Notes: generated by a model not told the origin, from the sequence alone. A stretch of 64,000 nt of DNA from Anaerolineales bacterium (GCA_963675375.2 OY776212.2:1651404-1715403); one strand, 5' to 3'. Shown: positions 16,722 through 26,605, numbered from the stretch's first letter. Numbers and translations are program-made.

Positions 16722-19475
16722 TTGATAGAGAATCCAGATCTCATTCCTTGGCAAATAAGTTTTGGAAGGTTTTATGTTCCAATGGCAGGAAGATATGATA
16801 ATGACAGGTTTCAGGAGAATATCAAAATGAGCCGCGAGGAAAATGAAATTAAACGTCTCAATAAAGAAGTATTGGAGCTTCGTGCGCAGATTGAGGGGTT
16901 AAAAGAAGAACTTACCCAAAAAAGCTGGGAAAGACAGGACCGTTGGTGGGAAGTCCTTGAGAATATGTTTGAGGGCTGCCAGATCATCGGTTTTGATTGG
17001 CGCTATCTATATATCAATGAATCTGTTGCGGGACATGCTCAACTGCCCAGGGAGGATTTATTAGGCAAAACAATGATGGAAGTTTTTCCGGGCATTGTGG
17101 ATACCAGGGTGTTTAAAGAGCTGAGGCGGTGTATGGAAAAACACACTCCCCATGTGATGGAAAATAAATTCATCTATCTGGATGGTACCTCAAGATGGTT
17201 TGAACTGCGTATTCAGCCTGTGTCCGAGGGGTTGATTATCTTTTCGGAAGATATTTCTCAGAAAAAACGAGACCAAGAAATTTTAAATGAAAATGAGGAA
17301 AAGCTCCGGCTGTTTACCGAGCATGCACCGGCTTCCTTGGCGATGTTTGATAAGGAAATGTGTTATCTTGCCGTCAGCGACCGGTGGCTTAAAAGTTACG
17401 GTTTGGAAGGACAGAATATTATCGGCCGCTCACATTATGAGATCTTCCCGGAGTCAGCAGATGAGTGGAAACAATTCCACCAGCGCGGGTTGGCTGGGGA
17501 AGCGTTCACAGTAGATGAAGATAAAATTATCCTAGAGGATGGCACATTGCTATGGCTGCATTGGGAAATTTACCCGTGGTATGCGATGGATGACAAGGTG
17601 GGCGGGATTGTTATCTTTACCGAGGACATTACTCGAAGAAAAATTGCTGAAGATCGTTTTAGAGAAAGTCAGCGTAAACTTTCCACGTTGATGAACAATC
17701 TGCCGGGTTTGGCTTATCGCTGCAAAAACGATCAGGATTGGACGATGGAGTTTGTTAGTGAGGGGTGTTTTCCATTGACTGGCTATCATGTTGAGGACAT
17801 GATAGAGAATAAGAATATTGCCTTTGCAGACATTATCCACCCGGAAGATTTAGATCAGGTATGGAAAAATATCCAAATCGCTTTAGAAGAAAAATCCCAT
17901 TTTCAGCTTATCTACCGGATATACACTGCGGAAAACCAAATGAAGTGGGTATGGGAACAGGGGCAAGGAGTTTTAGATGAGAATGGGGAAGTGATCGCCC
18001 TGGAGGGGTTTATTACCGACATTACCCAGGCGAAGATGGCTGAAGAAGCACTGATCCGCAGCGAGGATTTGTTGAATAGAACCGGGGAGGTGGCCAAGGT
18101 AGGGGGATGGGATGTGGACCTGGAAACTAATTTTGTTGTTTGGACGGAAACGACCAAAATGATCCATGAGGTGCCTTTGGATTACCTCCCGACTGTGGAA
18201 ATGGCGCTTCAGTTTTACACACCTGAAAGCCAAGAATTACTCACCCAACGGCTGCAAGAGGCGATTGAACTTGGTAAATCTTACGACCTGGAATTGGAAA
18301 TGATCACCGCCAAGGGAAATCATCTAAAGGTACGCGCGATTGGCAACCCCATTTTTGATCAGGGTAAATGCGTGCACTTGTCCGGGACGATCCAAGATAT
18401 TACTGCCCAAAAAGAAGCGGAAGAAGCGCTGCGGGAGAGCGAGGAAAAATATCGTCTGTTGTTTGAAAATGCCGGTATGGGTATTGCGTATTATTCCCTG
18501 GATGGCAGAGTGCTGGAATATAACAAGATTGCCGAAGAAAATGTGGGCCTGCGAACAGAAGAAGTGGAGGGAAAATCTTTAATTGAGTTGTTTGACGAAG
18601 AATACGGTTCACTGTATTACAACCGGTTGAAAGATGTGGTTAAGACGCGTGAAACAGTGATCTACGAAGATTTTGTGGAAATCCCTACAGGTGAGAGGTG
18701 GTTCAGCTCGTCCTATACCGTGATCACAGATGCTGCCGGTAACCCTACCGGGGTACAAATAATTTCTAACGATATTACCGAACAAAAACTGGCGGCTTTG
18801 TCGCTCAAAGCAAACGAACAGCAGCTCAGGTCTCTTTCGCAACAGTTGTTAACCCTACAAGAAGATGAGCGTAAAAGACTGGCGCAAGACCTGCATGATG
18901 AAGCCGGTCAGGCGATTTCAGTCCTCAAAATATATTTAAATTTGCTGTCCAAAAAGGTAGATGGCAAGTACTCTGAACTCCAGCCGGATATTGATAAATT
19001 ATCTGAGGCGATCAATACCGCCCACGATGATATCCGTGAGTTGGCGTTTTCTCTCCGCCCATCTACCCTGGACTCGTTGGGGCTAGGGGCAGCAGTGGAA
19101 AAATTGTGCCAGTTGATCTCAGAGAACAGCAAGGTAAATATTTCGGTCCAAATTGGAGAAACACCGGCATTATCCGATCAGGCAGGGATCGCGTTATACC
19201 GCATCACGCAAGAGGCATTAAATAATGTCATTATGCATGGAAAAGCGGAGAATGTGTGGGTACAGTTACAGTTTGAAGCGCAAGATGGCCGTATTTGTCT
19301 CTCAATTCGAGATGATGGGATTGGCTTTGTCCCCATTTTATTGCAGGATGTTAAAAGCGGGCTGGGCATTTTGGGGATGCGGGAACGCATGGATTCGATT
19401 GGTGGTGATTTTCAGATCACCTCGGAACCTAGAAAGGGGACTACTATTCTGGCCTGTTATCCGCTGCCAAAGTAG
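16722..19475 (+). CDS. soluble multi-PAS sensor histidine kinase (HisKA_3/NarX-type transmitter)
   Basis: Several PAS/PAC-like repeats, an H-box LAQDLHDEAGQ, and an HATPase region GIGF...GLGILGMRERMDSIGG. No obvious TM helix. The start is uncertain: TTG 16722, ATG 16782 or ATG 16827. Confidence 0.85.
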   Translation: MIENPDLIPWQISFGRFYVPMAGRYDNDRFQENIKMSREENEIKRLNKEVLELRAQIEGLKEELTQKSWERQDRWWEVLENMFEGCQIIGFDWRYLYINESVAGHAQLPREDLLGKTMMEVFPGIVDTRVFKELRRCMEKHTPHVMENKFIYLDGTSRWFELRIQPVSEGLIIFSEDISQKKRDQEILNENEEKLRLFTEHAPASLAMFDKEMCYLAVSDRWLKSYGLEGQNIIGRSHYEIFPESADEWKQFHQRGLAGEAFTVDEDKIILEDGTLLWLHWEIYPWYAMDDKVGGIVIFTEDITRRKIAEDRFRESQRKLSTLMNNLPGLAYRCKNDQDWTMEFVSEGCFPLTGYHVEDMIENKNIAFADIIHPEDLDQVWKNIQIALEEKSHFQLIYRIYTAENQMKWVWEQGQGVLDENGEVIALEGFITDITQAKMAEEALIRSEDLLNRTGEVAKVGGWDVDLETNFVVWTETTKMIHEVPLDYLPTVEMALQFYTPESQELLTQRLQEAIELGKSYDLELEMITAKGNHLKVRAIGNPIFDQGKCVHLSGTIQDITAQKEAEEALRESEEKYRLLFENAGMGIAYYSLDGRVLEYNKIAEENVGLRTEEVEGKSLIELFDEEYGSLYYNRLKDVVKTRETVIYEDFVEIPTGERWFSSSYTVITDAAGNPTGVQIISNDITEQKLAALSLKANEQQLRSLSQQLLTLQEDERKRLAQDLHDEAGQAISVLKIYLNLLSKKVDGKYSELQPDIDKLSEAINTAHDDIRELAFSLRPSTLDSLGLGAAVEKLCQLISENSKVNISVQIGETPALSDQAGIALYRITQEALNNVIMHGKAENVWVQLQFEAQDGRICLSIRDDGIGFVPILLQDVKSGLGILGMRERMDSIGGDFQITSEPRKGTTILACYPLPK

Positions 19476-19675
19476 CGCAAAAGAAAGCCTGCTAAATTTT
19501 TCCAAAGCGAATGTGGTAGATGAACGCTTTTAGAGATATTTATAAGATGGATTGTATTTGATTTGAGATTATTGTTATAATGTTCACAACGCGTCTATTG
19601 ACCGTAATTTTAAATCTGCCCTTATATAGGAAAACACGCCAATTATTATAAATTTACGCATTAGAAAATGCCTTT

Positions 19676-22372
19676 ATGAATAAATCTCCAGACATTATTA
19701 TTCCGACCAAACTCAGTCAGCCGCCTGTCAGGCAAAATTTGGTAGCCCGCCAGGAGATTTTTAAGCGGTTGTCAGAGGGAATTTCACGAAAACTGACCCT
19801 GGTTTCTGCCCCCGCGGGGTTTGGAAAAACTTCTTTAGTGAATGCCTGGCTGCAAATGCAGCTTGCGCCAGTTTCCTGGCTGTCGCTTGATAAACGCGAT
19901 AATGACCTCTCTCGCTTCCTGACATATCTGGAAACATCAATCAGTTCCTCCGTACCTCTGCGGTTCAGCAGCATATTAGAAAGTGAAGGCGGGTCGGACC
20001 AATTTGCCTCCGATTCTATGCTGAAAAATATTCTGGAAAAGCTGTCAAACCAATCCGATTTCAGAATCATTGTTCTAGATGATTATCACTTGATCACTTT
20101 GCCTGCTATTCACGAGGCAATGATCTTCCTGCTGAGCAATTTACCGCAGCCCGAAATGGATGGGAAAGTGCCTGTGCGCGGGTGTCATTTTATGATCATG
20201 ACCCGGTCAGACCCGCCGTTCCCGCTGGCGCGCTGGCGGGTGAGTGGAGAAGTGAATGAGGTTCGCACGGATGATTTACGCTTCTCCTTGGAAGAATCGG
20301 CGGAATTATTGAACCATAACCTCTCACTCGACCTTACCCTGGAAGATATTGCCGAGTTGAAATCTCGCGCCGAGGGGTGGGTGGCAGGGCTGCATCTGGC
20401 CGCGGTCTCCATGCAGGGGCAAGATGCCAAGTTTTGTCATCAATTTATCAACCAACTCAAAGGCAGTTATCGTTTACTGTCCGATTATCTGATCGAAGAA
20501 GTATTCTTACAGCAGCCGAAAAAGGTGCAGGATTTTTTGCTCAAATCCAGTATTCTGGAACGGATGAACGGCGAGCTGTGTGACGCAGTCTTAATGGATC
20601 ATGGCAGCAAAGTGATTTTAGAGTCATTAGACCGGCACAATGTTTTTGTAGTTCCGTTGGACCACGAGCGCCAGTGGTACCGGTATCATCATTTCTTCGC
20701 CGATGTACTCTCGGAGCGTTTTAAGGCATCGGAACAGGAAGATTTTGCCCTGCTGCATGCCCGTGCAGCTCAATGGCTGCAAGATCATGGGTTTATCGAA
20801 GGTAGTGTACATCATTGGTTGTTGGCAGGTGAAGAAGATCGTGCCGATAAGTTGGTGGTAGATGTTTCTACTAAACTACTGGATACCGGGAAATTTTACG
20901 AACTGCGTACCCTCGTGGAGCTTTTCCCGGAAGAAAGCTTTAAGGATCGTCCCTGGCTGTGTGTGCTGCGTGCTTGGGTTTGTTATTTCTACCAACCAGA
21001 TGAGATGGAAATGTGGTTGGTACAAGCAGAACGGATCATTGCCGAAAAGGAAGAAGATACCCAGGAAGTAAGAGAAATTCTCGGGCATGTAGCTGCACTG
21101 CGCTCGATTATACGGATCAACATGGGAAGATTAGAGGAAGCCCTGGGGATTGCTGCGGAAGGGATTGCGATCCTTCCAAAGAAAAACTTTAGTATCAGCG
21201 GCTTGCTGCTGAATGCCATGGGAATTATCTGGATGTTGAAGGGGGATTTCAAGAAATCCCTCGATTATTATATGCAGGCAAAAACCACCCTGCTGCAGGG
21301 CGGTAACTACACAGCGGCGGCCAGAGCTTTAGATCTGGCAGGCAACATTGAAGTGGAGCGGGGAAGTCTGCACCACGCGCTGAGCATCTATAAAGAAGGA
21401 TATTCCTTGTCGGGGGTGGGCAAGGTGATGTATGAGTGGAACCAGTTGGATGAAGCCTTGGAAGCCTTTGAAAGAGCGTATGATTACAGCAAACGAGACG
21501 GCATCGCGGTAGAGATTTCACGATGTGTCCCCCTGGCTCGCGCTTTGGTGGAACTGGGGAAAATGGAGAAAGCTAAAAAGTTCTTTGACCGCTATGCCGA
21601 GTATATCGGCTATTCCAGCCTGACCCCGTGGCTCGATTCGGAATTGGTCGCTTTCCAGATTGAATATTTATCTGCATTAGGTGATTTCCGGGCGGTCGAT
21701 TATCTGGCTTCTAACCGGGGAATTGTGCTGGATAAAGATTTTGAACCGGCCTTAGAGGCAGAATATACCGCTTATGCCTTCTCTTTCCTCAGGCGCGGTG
21801 ATCTTGATGAGGTGATGCGGACAGCGCCGGTGTTGGAACAACGCATGGCACAATGGGGGCTGACCGGCAGGCAGATCAACCTGCTGGCCATCCAGGCTGC
21901 TGCCTACCAACTGGCAGGCGAAACAGACACTGCCCAGACATTGATCGCCAAAGCACTTACGTTGGGCGCTGAAGAGGGGCATATCCGTACCTTTGTTGCC
22001 CTAGGAGAACCGGTCTTAGAAGTGATTGCCGGACTTTCCCAAAATGAATTTGAGCTAGATCGCGCTTATGTGCGCGAAGTGATTGCCGCCTTCCTGAACA
22101 GTCCCAGTGGGGGGACGCTCAGCAGTCCGGTCCACCATGAATATATGGGCGACCAACCGGATCAGCAAGGGGTGCTGATTGAGCCGCTGACTTCTCGCGA
22201 ATTAGAAGTGCTGCATTTGGTGGCGGCCGAACAAAATAACCAGGAAATTGCCGGTAAGTTAAATATTTCGATCAATACGGTCAAGACACATGTTTCGAAT
22301 ATCTTTACCAAGCTGGGGGTCAGCAACCGCCTACAGGCGGCTAACCGCGCACGTCAGTTAGATATTATCTAG
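19676..22372 (+). CDS. LAL-type regulator A (MalT-like ATPase + helical repeats + LuxR HTH)
   Basis: 898 aa. Walker A LVSAPAGFGKTSL, a long helical/TPR-like middle region, and a C-terminal LTSRELEVLHLVAAEQNNQEIAGKLNISINTVKTHVSNIFTKLGV. Confidence 0.85.
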   Translation: MNKSPDIIIPTKLSQPPVRQNLVARQEIFKRLSEGISRKLTLVSAPAGFGKTSLVNAWLQMQLAPVSWLSLDKRDNDLSRFLTYLETSISSSVPLRFSSILESEGGSDQFASDSMLKNILEKLSNQSDFRIIVLDDYHLITLPAIHEAMIFLLSNLPQPEMDGKVPVRGCHFMIMTRSDPPFPLARWRVSGEVNEVRTDDLRFSLEESAELLNHNLSLDLTLEDIAELKSRAEGWVAGLHLAAVSMQGQDAKFCHQFINQLKGSYRLLSDYLIEEVFLQQPKKVQDFLLKSSILERMNGELCDAVLMDHGSKVILESLDRHNVFVVPLDHERQWYRYHHFFADVLSERFKASEQEDFALLHARAAQWLQDHGFIEGSVHHWLLAGEEDRADKLVVDVSTKLLDTGKFYELRTLVELFPEESFKDRPWLCVLRAWVCYFYQPDEMEMWLVQAERIIAEKEEDTQEVREILGHVAALRSIIRINMGRLEEALGIAAEGIAILPKKNFSISGLLLNAMGIIWMLKGDFKKSLDYYMQAKTTLLQGGNYTAAARALDLAGNIEVERGSLHHALSIYKEGYSLSGVGKVMYEWNQLDEALEAFERAYDYSKRDGIAVEISRCVPLARALVELGKMEKAKKFFDRYAEYIGYSSLTPWLDSELVAFQIEYLSALGDFRAVDYLASNRGIVLDKDFEPALEAEYTAYAFSFLRRGDLDEVMRTAPVLEQRMAQWGLTGRQINLLAIQAAAYQLAGETDTAQTLIAKALTLGAEEGHIRTFVALGEPVLEVIAGLSQNEFELDRAYVREVIAAFLNSPSGGTLSSPVHHEYMGDQPDQQGVLIEPLTSRELEVLHLVAAEQNNQEIAGKLNISINTVKTHVSNIFTKLGVSNRLQAANRARQLDII

Positions 22373-22389
22373 TTCCTTGTAACTTTCTG

Positions 22390-22458
22390 AAATCATACCG
22401 GGGGGTGATGACATCTCACCCGAACTTTGTATAATGGCAATGTGTAAATTTTCACAAT
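22390..22458 (+). promoter_or_regulatory. conserved upstream element of cytochrome cassette A
   Basis: The 29-nt block aaatcataccggggggtgatgacatctca (22390-22418) is identical to 31189-31217. A second shared block, attttcacaat (22448-22458), matches 31249-31259. Confidence 0.55.
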
Positions 22459-22483
22459 AATTGTCTAATATGTAAAGGAAGAG

Positions 22484-23299
22484 ATGAAGAATAAACTACA
22501 TTCCCCCCACAAACTGCTGCTGTTGATGAGCCTGATCGCAGTATTGCTCGTTAGCGGTTGTTCATCTAATTCAGCAGTTCCATCTACTTACCAGCCTGAT
22601 CCCGCCGATGTAGACCTGGAAGGGTGGGCAGAAGCCTATCCCCAAATCTATGCGGACTGGGAATCTTCCATTCACGGTACTGCCTACTTGAGTGGAGATG
22701 AGAACGCCCCAACCTGTAACGACTGCCACGATGCCCCGGTTGAGGGTGAGGTGGTCAATACGGCCGAGTTTCATCTGCAAGTCCCCAACCGCTGTGCCCG
22801 CTGCCACAACGACGACGCACTGATGGCCGATTATGGGATTGCCGATGATGTGTACGAAACCTACCTAGCAGACTTCCACGGGACGACGATCCAGTATTAC
22901 GCGGAAAACGACCCGACTGCGCTGCGCGACGAAGCAGTGTGCAGTGACTGCCACGACAGCCACGCCGTTTACCCGCAGGACGATGAACGTTCCAGCGTAG
23001 CGGCGGTCAATTTACAAACTACCTGTGCCAAGTGCCATGCCGGTGCCAGCGAAGCTTTCACCAGTGCATACGGACACTACCGCCCGATCCAGGACCCGGT
23101 ATCAAAAGCCGATACCACCATCGTTTTCATTGTCAAACTGGCTTACCAGGCCCTGATCCCGATCACCCTGGGCGGTATGTTGGCCTACATCGGCCTGGAT
23201 ATCTTCTTCCGCATCAAGAAGAAAAACACCGCAGCCCCAGCGGAAGAAACCACGGAAACCCCCGAACCTGAGACAAACGAAAGTGAGGCGTCATCATGA
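22484..23299 (+). CDS. tetraheme c-type cytochrome lipoprotein with C-terminal membrane helix (module A)
   Basis: Lipobox LLVSGC, four CxxCH motifs (CNDCH, CARCH, CSDCH, CAKCH), and a hydrophobic C-terminal segment. The stop overlaps the next start (ATGA). Confidence 0.85.
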   Translation: MKNKLHSPHKLLLLMSLIAVLLVSGCSSNSAVPSTYQPDPADVDLEGWAEAYPQIYADWESSIHGTAYLSGDENAPTCNDCHDAPVEGEVVNTAEFHLQVPNRCARCHNDDALMADYGIADDVYETYLADFHGTTIQYYAENDPTALRDEAVCSDCHDSHAVYPQDDERSSVAAVNLQTTCAKCHAGASEAFTSAYGHYRPIQDPVSKADTTIVFIVKLAYQALIPITLGGMLAYIGLDIFFRIKKKNTAAPAEETTETPEPETNESEASS

Positions 23300-24500
23300 G
23301 CAGCGTTACGACAACTTCCCCCATTCAACAAGAAGAAACCCTCATTCGTTTCGACCTCAGCCAGCGCATTCAGCACATTGTGATGATGGTTTCTTTCATC
23401 ACCCTGGCGCTGACCGGCTTGCCGCAATCCTTTTCAGACGCCGGCTGGGCTAAAGCCTGGATGTCGCTGTTCGGGGGTATCGCCGGGGTGCGCAAGGTGC
23501 ACCATCTGGCAGCTGTATTGATGGTCTTTGTGTTCGTCTACCACTTCATTGTGGTGATCGGCGACCTATTCAAGAAAGACACCGGACGCTGGATGCTGCC
23601 GGTCAAGCAAGACCTGACCGATGCTTCCCATGCAGTCAAGTACCTGCTGGGCAAGGTAGACAGCCCCCCGCAGTACGGGCGTTTTGACTTCCGCCAGAAG
23701 CTGGAATACTGGGCCTTGATCTGGGGGACGATCCTGATGGGGATCACCGGGTTGGTGCTCATGTTCCCGGTGGCGTTTGCCAACTTTTTGCCGGGCGAGG
23801 TGATCTATGCCGCCAAAGCGGCGCATGGGTTAGAAGCTTTGCTTGCAGTGGCATCCATTGTCAGTTGGCACATGTACAATGCGCACTTTGCGCACGGTAT
23901 CTTCCCGATGGATAAGAGCATCTTCACCGGCAAGATCAGCGTGGAGCGCATGAAGGAAGAACACCCCTTGGAATACGAAGCCTTGATGTCTGCCCGAGCG
24001 GCGGAAGCACAGGCTGTTGAAGCAAGCGAACAGAGCGAAGTGGCAGAAACCACTTCGGATGAGAAATAGGGATTAGCCATGTCAAACAAACTAAAACTAA
24101 TCATCGCCATTGTGTTGGTGATCGTGATGATCCCGACCATGGGCAGTGTGTATGTCAAAGATAACCTGCACAGCAGCAACTACTGCGCCGGCTGCCACGA
24201 AGATCACTACACCACCTGGGCAGCACCGGAGAGTGAATACTCCCTGGCGCACCAGCATGCCGAAATGGGTGTCTCTTGCCAGAGCTGCCACCAGCGCACA
24301 ATGGGCGAGTCGGTCATGGAAGTGGTCAACTATGCGACGGGTAATTACTATTACCCCTTCCCGGAGATCGAATTGGGGATGGATACCTGCTTTGCCTGCC
24401 ACGGCAGCTATGCGGAGATCATCCCGCTGACCGATCCGTTGATCACGGGGGAAGAGCGCAACCCGCACGATGGACACTGGGGTGAGCTGGAATGCGGCAC
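22589..24500 (+). repeat. near-identical copy A of the three-gene cytochrome cassette
   Basis: Collinear with 31394-33239. By manual comparison, 22589-23218 differs from 31394-32023 at 7 positions in 630 nt. Only the gene termini and linkers diverge. Confidence 0.85.
23296..24069 (+). CDS. membrane b-type cytochrome, FdnI/PhsC/Ni-hydrogenase cytochrome b-like (module A)
   Basis: About four TM helices with candidate heme-ligand His residues ([29 protein letters not shown]). Confidence 0.75.
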   Translation: MSSVTTTSPIQQEETLIRFDLSQRIQHIVMMVSFITLALTGLPQSFSDAGWAKAWMSLFGGIAGVRKVHHLAAVLMVFVFVYHFIVVIGDLFKKDTGRWMLPVKQDLTDASHAVKYLLGKVDSPPQYGRFDFRQKLEYWALIWGTILMGITGLVLMFPVAFANFLPGEVIYAAKAAHGLEALLAVASIVSWHMYNAHFAHGIFPMDKSIFTGKISVERMKEEHPLEYEALMSARAAEAQAVEASEQSEVAETTSDEK

Positions 24501-24594
24501 ATGCCACAATGCGCACCGAGATTCTGTGGATTACTGCGCGGACTGCCACAACCCGGTCACCGATATGCCCGGATGGGTAAGCGGCACAAAGTAG
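24079..24594 (+). CDS. membrane-anchored small pentaheme c-type cytochrome (module A)
   Basis: An N-terminal TM helix LKLIIAIVLVIVMIPT and five CxxCH motifs (CAGCH, CQSCH, CFACH, CGTCH, CADCH) in 171 aa. Confidence 0.85.
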   Translation: MSNKLKLIIAIVLVIVMIPTMGSVYVKDNLHSSNYCAGCHEDHYTTWAAPESEYSLAHQHAEMGVSCQSCHQRTMGESVMEVVNYATGNYYYPFPEIELGMDTCFACHGSYAEIIPLTDPLITGEERNPHDGHWGELECGTCHNAHRDSVDYCADCHNPVTDMPGWVSGTK

Positions 24595-24713
24595 TATCTG
24601 AGGGGCGGTTCCCGATTGGAACCTGAAAATAGTTAGGAAATTAGAGATTAGGAAAGAATTAATATCTCTTGATACAAATTTTATAAAAATAAAGTAACGA
24701 AGGAGATTTAACA

Positions 24714-26333
24714 ATGAAGCAAGAAGAGTTCGACAAGAAAAATTTGTCCCGCCGAGAGTTTCTCAAGGGCGCAGGGGTAAGTGTAGCCGCATTGGCAGGT
24801 AGCAGTGTGCTGACCGGCTGCAAACCGAAAGCTGCCCCTGCAGAAGGCGAAGCAACCGATACCCCCGCGGCCGGTGGAACGTACTCATTCGAGACACCCC
24901 CGGAACCGATTGCGGACAAAGATATTACCGAAACCGTGACCGCCGACGTAGTTGTGGTTGGTGCCGGTGATGCCGGCCTGGCTGCCACTTTGGCTGCGGC
25001 CGAAGCGGGTGCAAGCGTTATTTTGCTCGAAAAGAGCGCGTCTTTCAACTCGCGCGGTTTTGGCAATGGTGCGCTGGATACCAAGTACCACAAAGAACAA
25101 GGCATTGAACTGGACAAAGGCGCCATCGTCAATGACCTGGTAGAGTTTGCCGGTGCAAAAGTGGACCAGGCAAAGATCGAGTTGTGGGCCGACCACAGCG
25201 GTGAAGTGTACGACCACCTGATCGATCTGGCAACCGAAGCTGAATTACCGATCATGCTGTTCCCCGCCGGACAAGACCCAGAAGCCCGCTACTTTGAATA
25301 TCCCACCTGTTTGGTCTTTGGTTCCACCATGCAGCAGGCCGACCTGCTGTCTGTGGTAGAAGCCGAAGCGATCAAGCAAGGCGCTGACATTCGCTACGAA
25401 ATGACTGCTCAGCAGTTGGTGCAGGAAGATGACGGCACGGTGAGCGGTGTGATCGTTACCAATGCTGCTGGTGAATATGTCAAGTTCGTGGGAGAGAAGG
25501 GCGTTATCCTGGCAACCGGTGACTATGGTCATAACGAAGAAATGATGGATAAGTGGTGTTCCTGGGCAAAGAACGTAGACATGAATGTGTACGTGCCCGC
25601 AGTGAACACCGGCGACGGCCACAAGATGGGTTTGTGGGCCGGCGGCCAGATGGAAATTGGCCCGCATGCACCCATGATCCACACCTTGGGCGGCGGTACC
25701 TTCTCCATGAACCCGGTGCTGCGCGTGAACGGCAAGGGCTTGCGCTACGAGAACGAAGACATCCCGAACCCCTATATCTGCAACAGCCGTCTGCGCCAAC
25801 CGGGCAACGTTGCTTACGCAATTTTTGACTCCAACTACGCAGAATATATCCCGAACACCATCCCCGGCTTTGCCCGCACCACGGCCGTCTCCGAAATGAC
25901 CGCCGAAACGCTGGCATCTGAAGTGGAAAGCGGCGCAGTGCTGAAAGCCGATACCCTGGAAGATTTGGCCGAGCAGATGGGTGTACCGGCAGACAACTTT
26001 GTTGCCACCGTAGAACGCTACACCGAGTTGGCCTTGGCCGGCGAGGACGAAGATTTCCATAAGAATCCCCGCATGATGGCTGCCATCAACCAGGCACCGT
26101 TCTATGCCTCCAAGGTATTCGCCGTACTGCTGGTCACCCTGGGCGGTTTCCGCACCAACACAGACCTGCAAGTTTTGGACGACAACTTTGATGTGATCCC
26201 CGGCCTGTACGCTGCTGGGAATGTCTCCGGCGGTTTCTACGCCAACGACTACCCGGTTTTGGCTGCCGGTCTGAGCCACGGCCGCTGCATCACCGAAGGG
26301 TACCTGGCAGGAAAGCACGCTGCCAACGCATAA
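24714..26333 (+). CDS. Tat-exported lipoprotein FAD-dependent oxidoreductase A1 (fumarate reductase/urocanate reductase/KstD flavoprotein class)
   Basis: Twin-arginine motif SRREFLKGAG, lipobox LTGC, dinucleotide fold DVVVVGAGDAGLAATLAAAEAGASVILLEK, and C-terminal GLYAAGNVSGG. Confidence 0.85.
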   Translation: MKQEEFDKKNLSRREFLKGAGVSVAALAGSSVLTGCKPKAAPAEGEATDTPAAGGTYSFETPPEPIADKDITETVTADVVVVGAGDAGLAATLAAAEAGASVILLEKSASFNSRGFGNGALDTKYHKEQGIELDKGAIVNDLVEFAGAKVDQAKIELWADHSGEVYDHLIDLATEAELPIMLFPAGQDPEARYFEYPTCLVFGSTMQQADLLSVVEAEAIKQGADIRYEMTAQQLVQEDDGTVSGVIVTNAAGEYVKFVGEKGVILATGDYGHNEEMMDKWCSWAKNVDMNVYVPAVNTGDGHKMGLWAGGQMEIGPHAPMIHTLGGGTFSMNPVLRVNGKGLRYENEDIPNPYICNSRLRQPGNVAYAIFDSNYAEYIPNTIPGFARTTAVSEMTAETLASEVESGAVLKADTLEDLAEQMGVPADNFVATVERYTELALAGEDEDFHKNPRMMAAINQAPFYASKVFAVLLVTLGGFRTNTDLQVLDDNFDVIPGLYAAGNVSGGFYANDYPVLAAGLSHGRCITEGYLAGKHAANA

Positions 26334-26605
26334 ATAAAACATACTGAAAGTGCTGCGAGCACTAACATTAACACTTTGACACAAGACAGTGCCCGGTACA
26401 TTGAGAAAAGAACGTGCCGGGCACTGTCGACAAAGCAGATGAGGGAAAAGGTAAGAGAGAGAAAATCTCCTGGAGAATGAAGAGGAATTATGACAATGGG
26501 GAAGGCCTGTTAACTATGGGTTGCTAAATGCTGTGTCAGGTTTAGCCTGGTATGATGCCAGGCTAAATTAAACGTTCAATCTTTTTACACAAGGAGAAAA
26601 AAAGA

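Noticed and set aside
22401-22412. Reading the G-rich core GGGGGGTGATGA of the conserved 29-mer as a bona fide MalT box.
   Set aside because: The similarity to the E. coli MalT box (GGGGA[T/G]GAGG) is only partial, and LAL regulators have diverse sites. I keep it only as a comment, not as a call.
25245-26384. A 379-aa ORF on the minus strand, opposite flavoenzyme A1. Similar long antisense ORFs lie at 27383-28288, 34117-35019, 34989-35891, 4181-5158, 10205-11194, 39272-40156 and 62604-63818.
   Set aside because: They lie entirely inside strongly supported genes on the other strand. Their compositions are low-complexity and Arg/Gly/His/Val-rich with no recognisable motifs, and they lack RBS context. 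These are typical shadow ORFs of GC-rich coding DNA.
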